Positions 1 through 14,804 are shown, numbered from the whole stretch's first letter. The stretch: DNA of 63,698 nucleotides, filler included, from Reticulomyxa filosa (GCA_000512085.1; 26 parts of 26 records of this genome joined end to end with filler, not necessarily neighbours in it), one strand, 5' to 3'. Numbers and translations: made by a program. The notes: a model not told the origin generated them from the letters alone.

Positions 1-1473
1 CGGTGCAAGAAAAAGAAGCTTAAAAGACAAAACGACTCGCCAATTTATTCAATTGGGTTTTTTAAAAACAGATGACATAAATTTGGAATAAATAAAAGAA
101 AGAGAGCATAAATGACGGGAAAAAATATTATCGTTATCCCCTTTATTGTACCGAACAAAATACTGCTATGTCATTTTTAAAATATAGTAGTTATGTTGTA
201 ATTTACTCAATGTGATTAAAATATAAGATAGCTGTTACTTTATCGAATCCCAAGTATGCTCTCGCCATAATATTTGAATAATATACTAAGCTGTAGATAA
301 TGATAAAAACAAATGATTTTTTTTTAAAAAAATGAAGCCAAATTCGTCAATGAATCTACGCTTCCAAATATCAGAAATAGTCATTTGATAAATTCATGTT
401 CACTTTCCTTTTTTCATTATCTTTTTGTTATTTTCGACATAAGGCAATCCGTTGGAGGCAGTACAAATAGTTGCATATTTAACAGGATTATGTCCTCTTA
501 TATCATTTTCAGTAATGAAAATATTGAAATAGGTTAATGGTGCAATTATAATATTGATTTCCCACAAATTCGTTTATCCTATCTTTGTATTTTTGTTTAT
601 TGTTATCATTCAGTTTCCATTCTTTGAATTCACACAATAGTTTGATTGTTTTGTTCATATCGCCATTATACAAAATTTAAATGAAATATAAATAAGATTT
701 AGATTAATGTTATGTTTGTACATGACACTAAAGTATGTAATGTGTTGTATAAATTAATCATTTGTGTATATTTATTTTCACTTTCTACTTTTGCATTCCA
801 TTTGTTTGTTTCACTCATTGCCTTGCATTCATATCAAAATGTACAAAAGATCTTGCAAACAAAATTTCACGTCCATATAAGCATGGCATATCAAAGCTAA
901 ATATTATTTGCTCTTCTCATGGAAGGATGAAAATGTAAAATATATCCCTCATTACTTCTGGATATTTGTGCAACTTATATATTGTCACGAGTTTGTACAT
1001 AACTGATAAAAAAAACCTACTTTGATTTCATTTTCAATATTTTCTAATCTCACTTATTTTAATCCACAATAGAATTCTGTTTCACTTTCTTCTCTTCTTC
1101 TGTGCAAAATCTGGATCGCAGTATATAAATAAATATTCAAAGTTTCCATTTTTCGTGCTTAAATTGCACTTGATCAAAGCTGAATGCCGCATTACATGAT
1201 CTGCTGCAGTACAGCAATATTGCATATCATTATGATATAATATTTTTAGAAATCAAGTCCAATAAATAACCATTTGTAATTATCTCATGTAATAATTGTT
1301 TCAATTTTAACAATAAATCTATTCTCCAAAAATCTTTATGCATGAAAACAATAATGTACCATGTTATACAGATTACTAGTGACATACATATGTAATCTTT
1401 GTTTAGAAAAAAAATATCGTTTTTTATTTGTAGAAGTTCTAAATAAAAAAAAAAAGGGTTTGACTTCGTCATC

Positions 1474-1676
1474 ATGCTCGAATTTCAACAAAAGTTTCCT
1501 AAGATAGACCAAGAGATCGTTTTAAAAGCATGGAAGAAATGTAATGAAAATGTTGAAAAGACAAATGCGCTCTTAACTTGGATAACAGAAAATACGACCA
1601 ATAAATTAACAGAAATTTGTGCAACTTCCAACTTGAATGAGTTAAATGCGAATAAAATATACAACAAATTAACAAT
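1474..1676 (+). CDS. CUE/UBA-like domain-containing fragment (partial, possibly a relic)
   Basis: FQQKFPKIDQEIVLKAWKKCNENVEKTNALL fits the CUE pattern (FP..D...I..........VE.T...LL). Truncated by the spacer. Confidence 0.4.
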
Positions 1677-1776
1677 NNNNNNNNNNNNNNNNNNNNNNNN
1701 NNNNNNNNNNNNNNNNNNNNTTAATTAATTAANNNNNNNNNNNNNNNNNNNNNNNNNNNNNNNNNNNNNNNNNNNN
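1677..1776. other. Artificial contig-joining spacer (first of 25)
   Basis: 44 N + TTAATTAATTAA (stops in all six frames) + 44 N. Identical spacers start at 4456, 8287, 9882, 13889, 19922, 21859, 24264, 25793, 27988, 33323, 35924, 40128, 43833, 47048, 48181, 49602, 51036, 52355, 53630, 55210, 56984, 59180, 60569 and 61908. Confidence 0.98.
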
Positions 1777-2139
1777 CAACAATCTCGGTGTGCTCATAGA
1801 TTCTAGCATCGTTACCGCCTTTTGCATTTTTTTTTTTTTTTTTATGTACGTAATTTTCTTTCCTTCTTTGCCAAAAAAAAAAAAACAAACTACAACAACA
1901 ACATGATCCCCTCTCTGTTCTCTCTCTCTCTCTCTCAGAGTGGCTTTCAAAACTCATTACTATTTGTTCATTCCTTTTTTTCGACCACGTTTTAGGGGTT
2001 ACATGAAAAAAATACGTATAATTCAATGAACATATTTGTGTTACGTTGTGTTTTTTTTTTTTCCTCTCTTTCGTGTCTCCTCCCACTCTCTCCCCCCCCC
2101 CCACCAAAAAAAAAACTGTAGATACAAACAATGTATATT

Positions 2140-2900
2140 TTTCGAATCAATAGAAACAGCAAATAAATGGCAAATAAAAAAGTCAACAGCGCCATTGGGC
2201 GCGGAAGCAGTAAGTCTCCATTGAGGATCGCAATTGTGCCAAACAATTATAAAGTAGTAATAAAGTGAACCGCCGATGCTCCAAATGATTAACGCAATAC
2301 TGACTCCTTTCACAAAGTTTGGCGAGTAGCTCAATGCGCTTCCTTCCAATGTGGAATGCAGTCTTCATTCAATTTATTTGTATGTATGGTATATATGTGT
2401 GCATAATACGTACATACGTACATATGTATGTGTAATTGCAATTTTTGTTTAGCTGTTAAATAAATCAATTTAAATGAGTTTCTTTAGAAAAAAAAAAAAA
2501 AAAAATATTTTTATGTATGTATGTATATACCTTTTTAAAAAAAACATGTACAAACATAATCGTCCCAGAAACAAGCAAAAGACGTTGGATTGACGGAAAA
2601 AACAAGGAAGCAAATATCCGTGGTTTAAAAATAAAGTCAGAAAATAATTACAAAATTGCAAGATCACAAACAGTGTGTTGAATAGTACATTCCCCATAAA
2701 CAGCAATCGATTAATCCCTTTCACTTTTCCTTTCATTCCTGAAAACCATATGTGGTGTATTATCGACAAACACAAGTAACACATTCCAGCCAACACAAGT
2801 GGAAATATTATTATTGCTATTATCGCTTGAACACGGTCTGGATATACGCTTTGCGCTCGCAAAAGATCTTCAAAATATTGCGCTATTCTTGTCATTCTTA
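2140..2900 (-). CDS. Multi-pass membrane protein, 7TM/GPCR-like (spliced, partial)
   Basis: Successive hydrophobic helices in ORFs 2470..2955 and 2041..2349, linked by an intron at about 2366-2530 (FFLKR|LH junction, typical of the end of TM3). Confidence 0.5.
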
Positions 2901-3650
2901 ATCGGCCACAACGTTCGATGTTTTGCTGCTTTTTTTTTTTTATAATCTCAAGCAAATGCTAAAGATTAAGATAAACTTCTTTTGAAAATAAATAAAGACG
3001 AGACTATTCTTGTAAGATAAAATAATTCACTTCAACAAAAACGTAAAAATCAAAAGCATTACCAGGAATAGAACAAAAAAACCAAATCTCCTTTTTCTTG
3101 ACGAAAGACTTCCAAGCGTTTTCAGCTTTTTAAGACACAGCCCAACTGTTTCAGAATAGACAGTGACAATTCTATATATTTTATTTATTCTGGGATATCA
3201 ATTTCTTCATAGATCATTCCGCAGATAATTACCTATACTCAGGTCTTAGTCTATATTGTTTGTATGAATATGAGAGATGCTTCACGTCTTTTGATTCTAC
3301 ACAAAATCCGTATATGCATAGTCGTAAATAGTTACATTTGTTTCACTATCATTTCTTTCGGATAGAGAATTTATATTATTTTGGTAGATTTGGGATAACT
3401 TATCATTAAATCATCTGTTTTTTTTTTTTGCATATGTTTCAATCATAAGAGTAAAGTAAATAAAGATCATTTTCCGGGAAAAGAATTGATAAACGCGATC
3501 CAATAATCGCTTGTAGCGTGTTGTGTTTGAAATATTTTCTTTTGCAATTAAAAGAAATAAAGAGAGGAAGTAACAACAGTAATCATTTGTACAAGGAAAA
3601 AAAGCTTTGGCGTGGTCTCTTGCAATAAAAACAGGTACAAAGCTCTGATG

Positions 3651-4330
3651 TCAACATTTGCATCACTATCAACAATACTGGTGGTTTCCATTGGGTGTGT
3701 ATCAGTGATTGGTCTGGGGATAATAATAGTGTATCTATGTATTTGGTTGCGAAATCATCCGAAGACACTTGTGTGTAACAACGATGTTCAAAAAATGGAC
3801 TCTGAGCAACTGATACAGCGTCTGCGCAAAATATCATTACTAGCCAACGTGTGTCTGTTTTGTTCTCCGTTGTACCTATTTGTGAAGCCATTTGCATCAA
3901 CGGAAGTCTGCGATGTATTTTTGACGATATCATCCTACAGTCTGAGTATCTTCAACTTGTTGCATCTGATCGCGTATGCATTGGTGTTACCACGAATGGT
4001 GTCGATGATTTACAACTTGTTCGATATTCACAACGCATTTGTGAGGTTCGTGTCAAAGTATAGTCCCTTTGGGCTATTCGTAACGTGGTTGGGAGTGGAG
4101 CTGATATTCACAATATGTACAAATGGGCGGAAAACATACGAGCAAAACACATCTTTGAAATTTGATGACTCATCCATTATCAAATACATTTCGCCACTTT
4201 TGGATTATTTCTTTGCCTTTTTCTTGGTCACGTTGTTGACGATGCTGTTTTGTCTGGCTTACGTCCGTCGAGTGGCCAAAAAGAGTTTGGATCTGGTCAA
4301 GTCCGCACTGACACCACAAGTTTGGCAAGA
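3651..4330 (+). CDS. Multi-pass membrane protein, 7TM/GPCR-like (partial)
   Basis: About five hydrophobic helices in ORF 3612..4511. Runs into intron-like sequence and the spacer. Confidence 0.5.
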
Positions 4331-4589
4331 AGAGGAGGGTTTGGCACACACACAAAAAAAAAAAGGGGTGGGGACGTTGGTCCCCGCGTGCCACCACTAT
4401 TACATGTATCCATACGTATACATTCAAATACATAATTTTTTTTTGTGTGCACACANNNNNNNNNNNNNNNNNNNNNNNNNNNNNNNNNNNNNNNNNNNNT
4501 TAATTAATTAANNNNNNNNNNNNNNNNNNNNNNNNNNNNNNNNNNNNNNNNNNNNTTTTTTTTTTTTTTTTTCCTTTGTACTATTTTAG

Positions 4590-7500
4590 GACGGCATTGT
4601 AAACAACAACGCAAATAGGAACCTCATCATACGTATACAATCCGGCATCCTATGGGTACAATGCGTCGTTGCACTATTCAGCGCCATCTTCAAACCTTGC
4701 AACAAACCGTGTTAATATGGACTCAATAAGTAATCCTGATTTACGACAATTAGAAAAGCAAACTCAGTTAACCAAAAAGCTACTCAATCATCGCCGACGA
4801 GAAAGTAATATATTGAAGAAAGAGCAAAAAAATATGGAGGCAAATCGGGAAATGATATTTGAAAGTGATGAAAGAGAGCAGCGCCTCAAGTCATTAAAGT
4901 TGATTGAAACAGCTTTTTTGTTGTTGTATTTTGAAACAAACATAAAAAAATTGTGTTCCATTTGTGTTAATAAGAACACGTGAAAGTAAACGAAAAATGG
5001 TCAACAAGATATCAGTAAGCAAGACTCTCAAAAAAGACGACTGCAGTGAAGCGTGCGAGTCAGACAGTAACAATGGAAATGCATCAGTTACGTTTAACCA
5101 ACTCAAATTCCAATCCACATAATATATACTTGGCTTTACTTGAGATGACATGATTTACAGAGAAAACGAGATCTTGGATTGTCAGAAGAAGAAATGACGC
5201 TGATTCAATTGATTGAAAAGTTCCCTGAGGGGTCAGAGTTGCACCGCATCTATGTGGAGCAATTGAGAAAAATGTTTGTTGATTTTTTTTATTGGCAATT
5301 GAAAAAAAAAAGACAAAAAGGATTTATTTAAAAAAATAGCACAGCATCGAGGTTTGAACCTGGCCAATCACAAAAAGAAAAGCAAGCGGAGGAAGCAGAA
5401 CATGAGACATCTGGATTTAAAAACTCATTGAAATCCGATCAGCAGTTTCTTTTTCTTTTTTTTTTTTTTTCTTGATCTCAAAAAAAAAAGTTGTATTAGT
5501 ATATCTCAATTAAACTTATTTTTTGTTTTGTGGTGTATTACAGACTGACGTCAGAACAAAAACAATTGCCAGAAAAAAAGAGGCCAGAAAAAGAGGTAAT
5601 GTTCTGTAATTTTTAGGCATGCTATTTCAAAAGGAAAAAAAAAAACGACTTATGATTTGTTTTACTCTTTCCTATATTTGGACTATAATTTATATAGTTG
5701 ACAGAACAAGGACCAATCAAACTGATTCTCAATACGGACAGTGGGTCGACTACGGCACTCTTAAAACACGAGTTAATCCCGAATGAAAGCGGTGTGGTTG
5801 TTTCGTGGGATTTCCTTTGTGGACCTTTTGCAGACAAAAAGTATGGACAAATATCGGCACAATGCATTGACAAAAAAGAAGAATTCATGACCCAGACATT
5901 TCACAGTAGCAGTTGGAAAGACATTTCCAAAGGCAGTGAAAATGACCAGCATATCATTATATTAAACGAAAAGGTGTATTACCGTGATGCAGTTGACGTT
6001 CCTCCCTTAGTCAAATGTTTATTCAATGTGAACCTTTTGGGAATTGGTTAAAATAAACAACAATTTATCAAAAAGAAATAAATTTTTTTTTTTTTTTGCC
6101 ATTTGTCATTTTTTTTTTTTTTTTTTGTTGCTGTTTGACATATGGCAGATGGCAAGGAAGAAAATGTTGGATGGTCGGTTTTTCAATTGTTTGCTGAGAT
6201 TAATAAAGAAACAAGACAAGATCAAAAGAAAGACTCCAAGAGTTTATCGTACGTCCCTACCGGCAATTGGTACCTTTCAATACTGAAACCTCCACTTAAC
6301 ATAAAAGCATCAGAGGAGGAATTGAACAATTTGCCCAAGTCAGTAACTTCCTTTTTTTTTTTGTTTTCTCTCTTTATTTCATCCATTTGAAATTAAGGTT
6401 GTCTTTGTGTTTTACTGTTTCAAGAACTACATATACGTTATATTTTCGGGTTGCGGCGATTGCGGAAGAGAATACTCTATCCAGTGCCAATTTTGCGTAC
6501 AGATCTTCTTATCAACGATTTCAACTAGCTGGGTATGAATAGTTTTTTTTTTTAGTCATTTGGTCAATCCCCGTTGGTTTTTTTTAAAAAAATTTTCTGT
6601 CAAATTGTCCAACGTGAGATCCTCTATTGTTATAGCCTGCACATTCGAGAAACGGTACCAGAGACTTATTGGACAAATGCTTCCAATATAACAGCACAAA
6701 ATAATCAAGGAATATTACAGCTGTCGACACCAGCACACATTTTCTCACATTTCAATACTAGTGATAAAGTAGCGACCGTTGTGGTGCGTGTGTATACTTT
6801 TTTTTTTTTTTTTTTAGCATTTATGTTCGAGCATGTGCGATCATTGCAAGTACGTATAACATTTTCAAATAAACAACAAAAAAAAAAAAAAAGGAGAGGT
6901 TCGTGATGACAAGAAATCATCTGTTTTTAAAGATAGCCCGAAACAGAGTTCGAACAATGTCGAAACTCTGGTGCGTAGTGCCAATCAATCGAAAACAGTA
7001 TTAGCAGAAGATTCAAGTCCGTATAATCCTTTTCAAGGAATAGGTATTCTCGTAAAGTTCTTCGAACATTCCTCGAACAGTTTATACTGCAAGATTGCAG
7101 TCCGTTTTTATGACTTGAAACAAAAAGAGTGGCTGGTATGTGTTTACATTTGTGCGAGTTACTAAAGCTTGCACGGTGACTACACAAGAGAAAAGATAAG
7201 TGTTGATCCACATGCACAAAATAGGAATACCATTGGTGCACACCTGTCACACTTGAAGGTATGTCAACTTTTGGTATTTATGAATGGGAGTCCAGGCACG
7301 TTTTCACAAATTTTCCATGCAGTGAAGGAATTATTGCTGTTTTCGAAATTTTTTTATTGGAGATGCCGGAACGGCTTAGTAACGCGTCCTGTGATCAACA
7401 GCAGAACATAAAACAGCCGACTAAATCTTCCCTATGGGCTTACGTTATGTTATTAAAATAATATACAGTTTCCTTTTAATAACATTTGCTTTGATGTGTG

Positions 7501-8265
7501 TGCCAACAACGTAGTCGCGTGTGTTTGAAATCGATATCGAGATGAAAAAGCCAAAAATTTCTATTGGATCACAAATGCTAAGTTTGTTTGCTTATCCAAT
7601 CGACTTTGAGCAGCCGCACGAAATGAGAGACAGCTCGTCACTTTGTATATTTTTGTATGATCCAACCGAGCCCCCTCCAATTAAGTTAGGTTTCGTCAGT
7701 TGGTCAAAATAATTACTAAACCTCTTGCGAAAGTGTATTGTGTGTGCTCCTGTTACATAAGAGAGGTGCAGTTGTTACCACTGGACAAGGATTTAGGTGA
7801 TAATTCGAATTTGAGCTGGATAAGATATGAAAGACCTCAGTTACCTGATGCTATTTTTCATCAGGTCATTTTTTTTTCTTTATTTCTCTATTTTTTGTTT
7901 TGTTACCTCTTACAGTGTTAAAAAATTGAAATTTTTTGTGTATTGTCCCCTTCTCGGACGAACAACCGCAATCCGGCTAATGATTTACAAAAACAGGGTG
8001 AGGGAATCGATTTATATGTCGATAGCGCCCGATTCTTGCCCGACAACGTCACTATTACAAAAGTCAACGTACAATTGCTGTGGAAAAGTGCCGACACAAA
8101 CTTCACTTCAATTCCTTGTACGTTTTTTATGAACCTTTGTTTTTTTTTCTAAACCTTTTCTTATTTCATATGTGTCTTTATGATTTGTTAAGCGACATCA
8201 TGCTATTGCAGTGCAAATGAATCAGTCTTTAATCCAGTGTTTGACTTCAAGCTCGAGTATCGAGG
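4590..8265 (+). CDS. CCDC17-like coiled-coil/C2-type protein, multi-exon, partial
   Basis: Exons GVVVSWDFLCG...VGWSVFQLF...VPTGNWYLSILKPPL resemble the CCDC17 block (GFVIFYDFLxG...W..L.LF...GRWRLPL..LPL). GEGIDLYVDSARFLPDNVTITKV resembles the DLYIDGARFLPD motif of CCDC17-like proteins. Upstream exons are coiled-coil. Confidence 0.6.
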
Positions 8266-9549
8266 TACTCTTTTTTTTTTTTTTTTNNNNNNNNNNNNNN
8301 NNNNNNNNNNNNNNNNNNNNNNNNNNNNNNTTAATTAATTAANNNNNNNNNNNNNNNNNNNNNNNNNNNNNNNNNNNNNNNNNNNNTCGTATGAACAAAG
8401 TACATTGGAAAACAAAAAATCAAGTATTTCATTTTTATTTTCAATCAAACATGGTAAAGAGTTGATTGATTATTTGTGGAACAGCACGAAATAAGAATAA
8501 ACAATTAATTTTGTGATGGAGAAGAATAAGGAACCGCATCTCTTTTTTTCTTAAAGGAAATAAGACAACATTTTTTCAACCTGATTATATTTGATCATGG
8601 CTCCTTCATTTCAAAGTGATAATTTTAAAAACAGGTCATCACGTAACATTAACGTCTGCCCAATACATTTGATAGAGTTACATAAGAGCTAGACTGTTGT
8701 TCAAACTGCTCAGACAAAGACAAGTCGAAACTGCAAGAGTTGATTACCACTCACGCAATGGTCGAAAGTGTGACAATTTCAAACAAAAGCCAGTGAAACT
8801 GGCACAAAACTTACATTTACACTGTCAAAAGTAAAAAAGTTGAACTACGCTTCCCTTTTACTTTCATTGATTGAGCTATTTTGATTTGATAAATAATTGA
8901 ATTATCATAAAATTAACAAATAAATAATAAAGGTGTATTTTTTATTGAAAAACAAAACAAAATTATGACAAATTGAAGAGTTTCTCAAAAAGGGTCTAGT
9001 TCCAGATTTTTTATTTTTTTATGTTGCATCATTTGTCGTATTCGTTGTTTTCAAAGCTTTGAAGGAGAAAATTTATATTCCCGAATTGCCGAAGAAATTT
9101 CCTGCACAAGGGTATTTGCAAATGTTCAAAGTGACAATAATAAGTTTTTTCGTTTATTATAATTTAATGAAAATTATTTGTTTTATTTTTACGTGAACAA
9201 GCTATGGACAAAATTGTAATTTTGTTTCAGTAAAGTAATAATCTTTTATCAATTTTCAATAAATCAAAAGCTAAAAATTTAGCTTTTGATTTTAAAAATT
9301 GTATTTTGTCAAATTGTGTGTGTTGTAAAAAGATATGATTAAAAGTTTTAATTTTATGTTGCACGATGTGATAGACTTTTTAAATTTTGTTGACGAGTCA
9401 AGATTATTGTGAAGATGCTGACCAATGTTTTCAGAGAAAAGTTGGCAAAGGCACAAACAAAAAGATAGAAAAAGTAAGCAATAACATGAAAAGACATACT
9501 AAAACATGAAACAATGTGAACAAGTCCAAGTTGCAAATTTATTGAGGCT

Positions 9550-9791
9550 TCATTGTTTTGCGTTTTGTTTGAATTGAATATTATAGGATCCGGTTGAAGG
9601 ATCTTGTATCGTTTCAAAATTTTCCAGCGACAAGCCCAGCTTACCTAAGCCCCAATTTGCAAACTCTTTCAATTTTCCAACTACTTCTTCTCTTTGAGCC
9701 TTCATTTGCTCTTCTGCAAGTGGTTCCAATTTCTTGGCACGAAGTTGTGCCTCATGATTTGTAGGTTGTAACTCTGTCACACATTTAAAAT
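9550..9791 (-). CDS. TTC1: Tetratricopeptide repeat protein 1, last exon
   Basis: EEVVGKLKEFANWGLGKLGLSLENFETIQDPSTGSYNIQFKQN matches the TTC1 C-terminal signature (KLK.LGN..L..FGLS..NF...QDP.TGSY.I.F). Confidence 0.85.
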
Positions 9792-10094
9792 CTTTCCCCC
9801 CCCCCTCTTTTTCCTTCAGTGACTAGATTTTGAAATTTTTTTTGCACATATGTGATATCTCCTTCCTTGCCCCTTTTTTTTNNNNNNNNNNNNNNNNNNN
9901 NNNNNNNNNNNNNNNNNNNNNNNNNTTAATTAATTAANNNNNNNNNNNNNNNNNNNNNNNNNNNNNNNNNNNNNNNNNNNNCCCCCCCAAAATGTTGCAC
10001 TTGTATCACACTTTATATATATATATATACATGGATATGTATTAAAAAAAAAAAAAATTGGGTGCAATCGTATTACACTTTTTTTTATACCTCT

Positions 10095-10908
10095 CACCTT
10101 CAATGACAAAAGGAGACGACGAAGAAGCGACATTTGGATTTTTGGGGAGCTCGACTTGAATGACGGTGGACTCGTACTCGCGATCTTTGATGCCAAGCAG
10201 TTCCTTTCGTTTTTCGGAGGACATGAGTTGAGTGGGGTTGATCATCTTGTTTTTGCGCTGAGTCTCGGTCAGACCCTGTCGCAGCAAGCGACGTTCCGCC
10301 GCGTGATCTCCGACAGCTCCCACGTCATCGTCGGCAACGACGATATCATTATCATCTTTGGCTAGTTTGGTTTCCTCATTTCGATGCTTCAGCAAATCCG
10401 AGAGCAGATACACTTTCAGGTCTCTGGCGACTTCTGGGATTGGTTGCGGCTTCTTCACTGGCTGAGCTCGAAGTAGACTCGAATAGACCTGGTGGATCAC
10501 CACTTCATTAATATCTTCCAATGCAATCCTAATAATCGAGTCATCTGATTCGTTGGCTTGCTTCTTGAAACCAATCAACGACAATAACTCCAACGCTCCT
10601 GGATACTTCAACAACTTGTCCACCAACTTCTCGTTTGTCACTCGCAATTGCAAGTGTGATGCTTCGATCTCCTCTCGCTTCTTCGTCAGGTTCTTCACGA
10701 CCGTTCGCAACACTTTAAACGCTTCGTTGAAGTCCGAACCTTCTGGTATCTCTTTGCACAACAGGTAGATCTGCTTCTCTATCTTACCCACTCGCGCGTC
10801 CGACTCGTACACAATACGCTCGCCTCCGAGCCGGTCGTCCGACCCTATCACTGGCCGTCGAGATTCATTGTCAAACATATCCACTTCTTTCTTTTCAACC
10901 TCCGACAT
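10095..10908 (-). CDS. PUB-domain/UBX protein (UBXN6-like p97 adaptor), 5' part
   Basis: PUB motif (VLRTVVKNL...LRVTNEKLVDKLLKYPGALELLSLIGF) followed by a UBX-like start (REYESTVIQVELP...FVIEG). Confidence 0.7.
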
Positions 10909-11312
10909 TTTTTTTTTTTTATACTTCTAGTCTGAAACAACAAAATTTAGCAAAAATTATCGAAAATTTTACTTTAGTTTTTTATGTTGTTTGTCTTTTG
11001 GTTAGCCCCTTTCACTCCTCTTAAACGGTGGGCCTGGCAAATCGCTATGTATCCCATCTTTTTTTTAAACATGCTAGTCTATTCTTTTGCAACAGAAGGC
11101 AAACAAATAATTGCTACAACTGTCATTGTCTTTCCTACAGAGAAAGCCATAATGAAATATACTCCAAATTTCTTTATGCCTTTCAAAAATCGAAAAAAAT
11201 CGCTTGTTATGTGCGGAAAGAAACAACATTTAAACGTACTGAGGGGCATTTTAAAAACTTGGAAAAAAAAAACAGCGAAACATAATCCGATCAAAATCTT
11301 CACAAAAATAAC

Positions 11313-12489
<1,177 letters not shown>

Positions 12490-12795
12490 GTCTTGTTTTA
12501 CCCTACCAAACTCTTGCACCCATTTACGTTTTTATTTTTGCGAGTTTTTTTTCCTCTTTCTCAGAATGAGTTTGGATTTTCTAAGCAATTACCAAAAACA
12601 ACATTCTTTATGCAGAATCGACACAACTTTACTTAGATTTTTTTTTTTGAAAAGCCCCCTTTAGACAGTTTCATTTTTCCTCCCCTGTGTCGTGGTAGAG
12701 CCTTTTTTTTGTTCTTTTTGGCGAAATTGACTCCAAATTAGTACCTCTTTATTTATCGAATCAAAAACAAAAACTGGAAAGAAAGAACAACATAT

Positions 12796-13734
12796 TTAAT
12801 CTACTTTCACTTCGTCCAGTGTACTTACATCAGTAAAGTTTTTTTGGAGTGACTTCCATCGCTCGACTTGCTTATTAAGTTCAACAATCCATTTGTTCAA
12901 AGGACTAACAACGCTGTCGACAGTGTCTTGATTGGCATTTAGATTTTGTAATGATTGTCTGACTCGAGTTGCTTCTTCACACACCCCTTGAAGCTTTAGT
13001 GTGGTTTTTTCGATATGACTCTGAACTGCGGTGTGCAGGTGTTGAGTCGATTTTGCAAATACCTGTTTGGACAGTTGTTTGATTTCTTGTTGAATGGCTT
13101 GAAACATTGAGTTGCTATCAAATGCTTGTAACTCTTTCAACTCTTCGAGTTCCTTTTGTGAAAATGGTACCAAGATTTGCTCAAATTCGTCGAGATAGGT
13201 TTCACGGTACAATGCCAAAGCCTGCGTTTGTTTCTTGTTTTTCGTCGTCGTCAACAGTTCTGATAATTGTTTCTCCAAAGTTGTGTGCTGTTGTTGCAAT
13301 GCATCATGTTCTTGTTTCAACGCTGTATATTTTTGTTCCAATTCATCATGCTTCGTTTTCAACATGTCGTGCTCGCTGTGAGACCTATTATAACGTTGTT
13401 GCGACGATGCTTTCCGTGGGCTTGGATTTGCTTTTTCGTAGTCTAGTTCATTAGCATAGGAGGGTTCAACCATGTCTTCACATAGGAGTACATTGACGGA
13501 TGGGTGGGAGCTTGAACTGACGGATGGGTGGGAGCTTGAACTGACGGTTGCGTTGGTGGTTGCACTGACGGTTGCATCGATGTTTGCACTGGTGTTTGCA
13601 CTGACGGTTGCACTGACGGTTGCATCGATGTTTGCACTGGTGTTTGCACTGGTGTTTGCACTGACGGTTGTATTGGTGGCTGCATTGGAGGTTTGATAGA
13701 GGGGTTTATTGAATTGTTTAGCGGGTTTGAACAT
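12796..13734 (-). CDS. Intronless hypothetical coiled-coil protein with an N-terminal Ser/Thr/Ala/Asn repeat
   Basis: 312-aa ATG ORF with a heptad-rich C-terminal two-thirds. Confidence 0.6.
   Translation of the reverse strand: MFKPAKQFNKPLYQTSNAATNTTVSANTSANTSANIDATVSATVSANTSANIDATVSATTNATVSSSSHPSVSSSSHPSVNVLLCEDMVEPSYANELDYEKANPSPRKASSQQRYNRSHSEHDMLKTKHDELEQKYTALKQEHDALQQQHTTLEKQLSELLTTTKNKKQTQALALYRETYLDEFEQILVPFSQKELEELKELQAFDSNSMFQAIQQEIKQLSKQVFAKSTQHLHTAVQSHIEKTTLKLQGVCEEATRVRQSLQNLNANQDTVDSVVSPLNKWIVELNKQVERWKSLQKNFTDVSTLDEVKVD
13494..13684. repeat. Coding tandem repeat of 12-nt units (TTGCACTGACGG / TTGCACTGGTGT / TTGCATCGATGT) plus two 24-nt units
   Basis: Directly visible. Encodes SANT/ATVS/NIDA and SSSSHPSV repeats. 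Confidence 0.85.
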
Positions 13735-14804
13735 ATTGACTGGTAGTGAATTTTAATTTTTTTTAGTAGAGGAAATGGTGTTAGACAAGGAAAAAATAAA
13801 TATGTTTGCTGATTAAAAATAAACTACAATTACCCCCTTTTTCTAAAACTGAGGTGAAGTTGGGTTACACTTATTTCCAAAGCAGTATNNNNNNNNNNNN
13901 NNNNNNNNNNNNNNNNNNNNNNNNNNNNNNNNTTAATTAATTAANNNNNNNNNNNNNNNNNNNNNNNNNNNNNNNNNNNNNNNNNNNNATCGACGCAGCG
14001 TTTTTGGGGTAATAGTAACAACAATTATCATTATTATAATAAAGACTCGTTGGACATGGATACAATGTCACACTACTCCTCAGTCTCCTCATCCTTCTCT
14101 GTCGTCGCTGCCGCCGCCGCCGCAGCAGCGTCTGCATTCATCGACTTGGTGAAACTGCTCGAGTATCTCAGTCACAAGCTGCGCGTCGTCGAACGCGACA
14201 CTGAGTTCTTCAAACTCTTCGAACGCATTTAGTCCAATTGAATTTGGATGGAGGGAGGGTGATGAAAAAAAAAGTGTATAAAAAGACTACAAATTGTTCT
14301 ATTTTGGATCAAAAAGTATTGTCTTGATATTATCATACATTATACATATACATATGTATGACAAATCTGTTGCTGTTTATTGCTTATTCTCTTGCTTTTT
14401 CTATGCAATACAATACCAAATGATCGGAATTGGTTTCAATTTGCTGTATTAATCTATTTTCTTATCTTACTTTTTTTTTTGTTTTGTCTTGGATACTTCA
14501 ATTTTCCAATACATCCTCATTAAAAAGTAATCGTTTTTAAAAATGCATTATATTTTAATAAGAGTAAAAGACCTGAAACTTTGTCACTTCAGCAGTCTCC
14601 TTTTCAATGCAGTTTATAATTAATAGTTTAATTTTTGGTTTAATATACAACCGACAGCCAAAAATATCCCCTATGAAGATTTATGTGTGCTCATTTTTTT
14701 TTTTATTTTGAAAACCAGCACAATTTCTTTGCTTCTGTTTTTTAAAAAAATGTTGACTGTTTGTCGTTGTTCCAACTATCAATATCACATAATGCATAGA
14801 ACAT

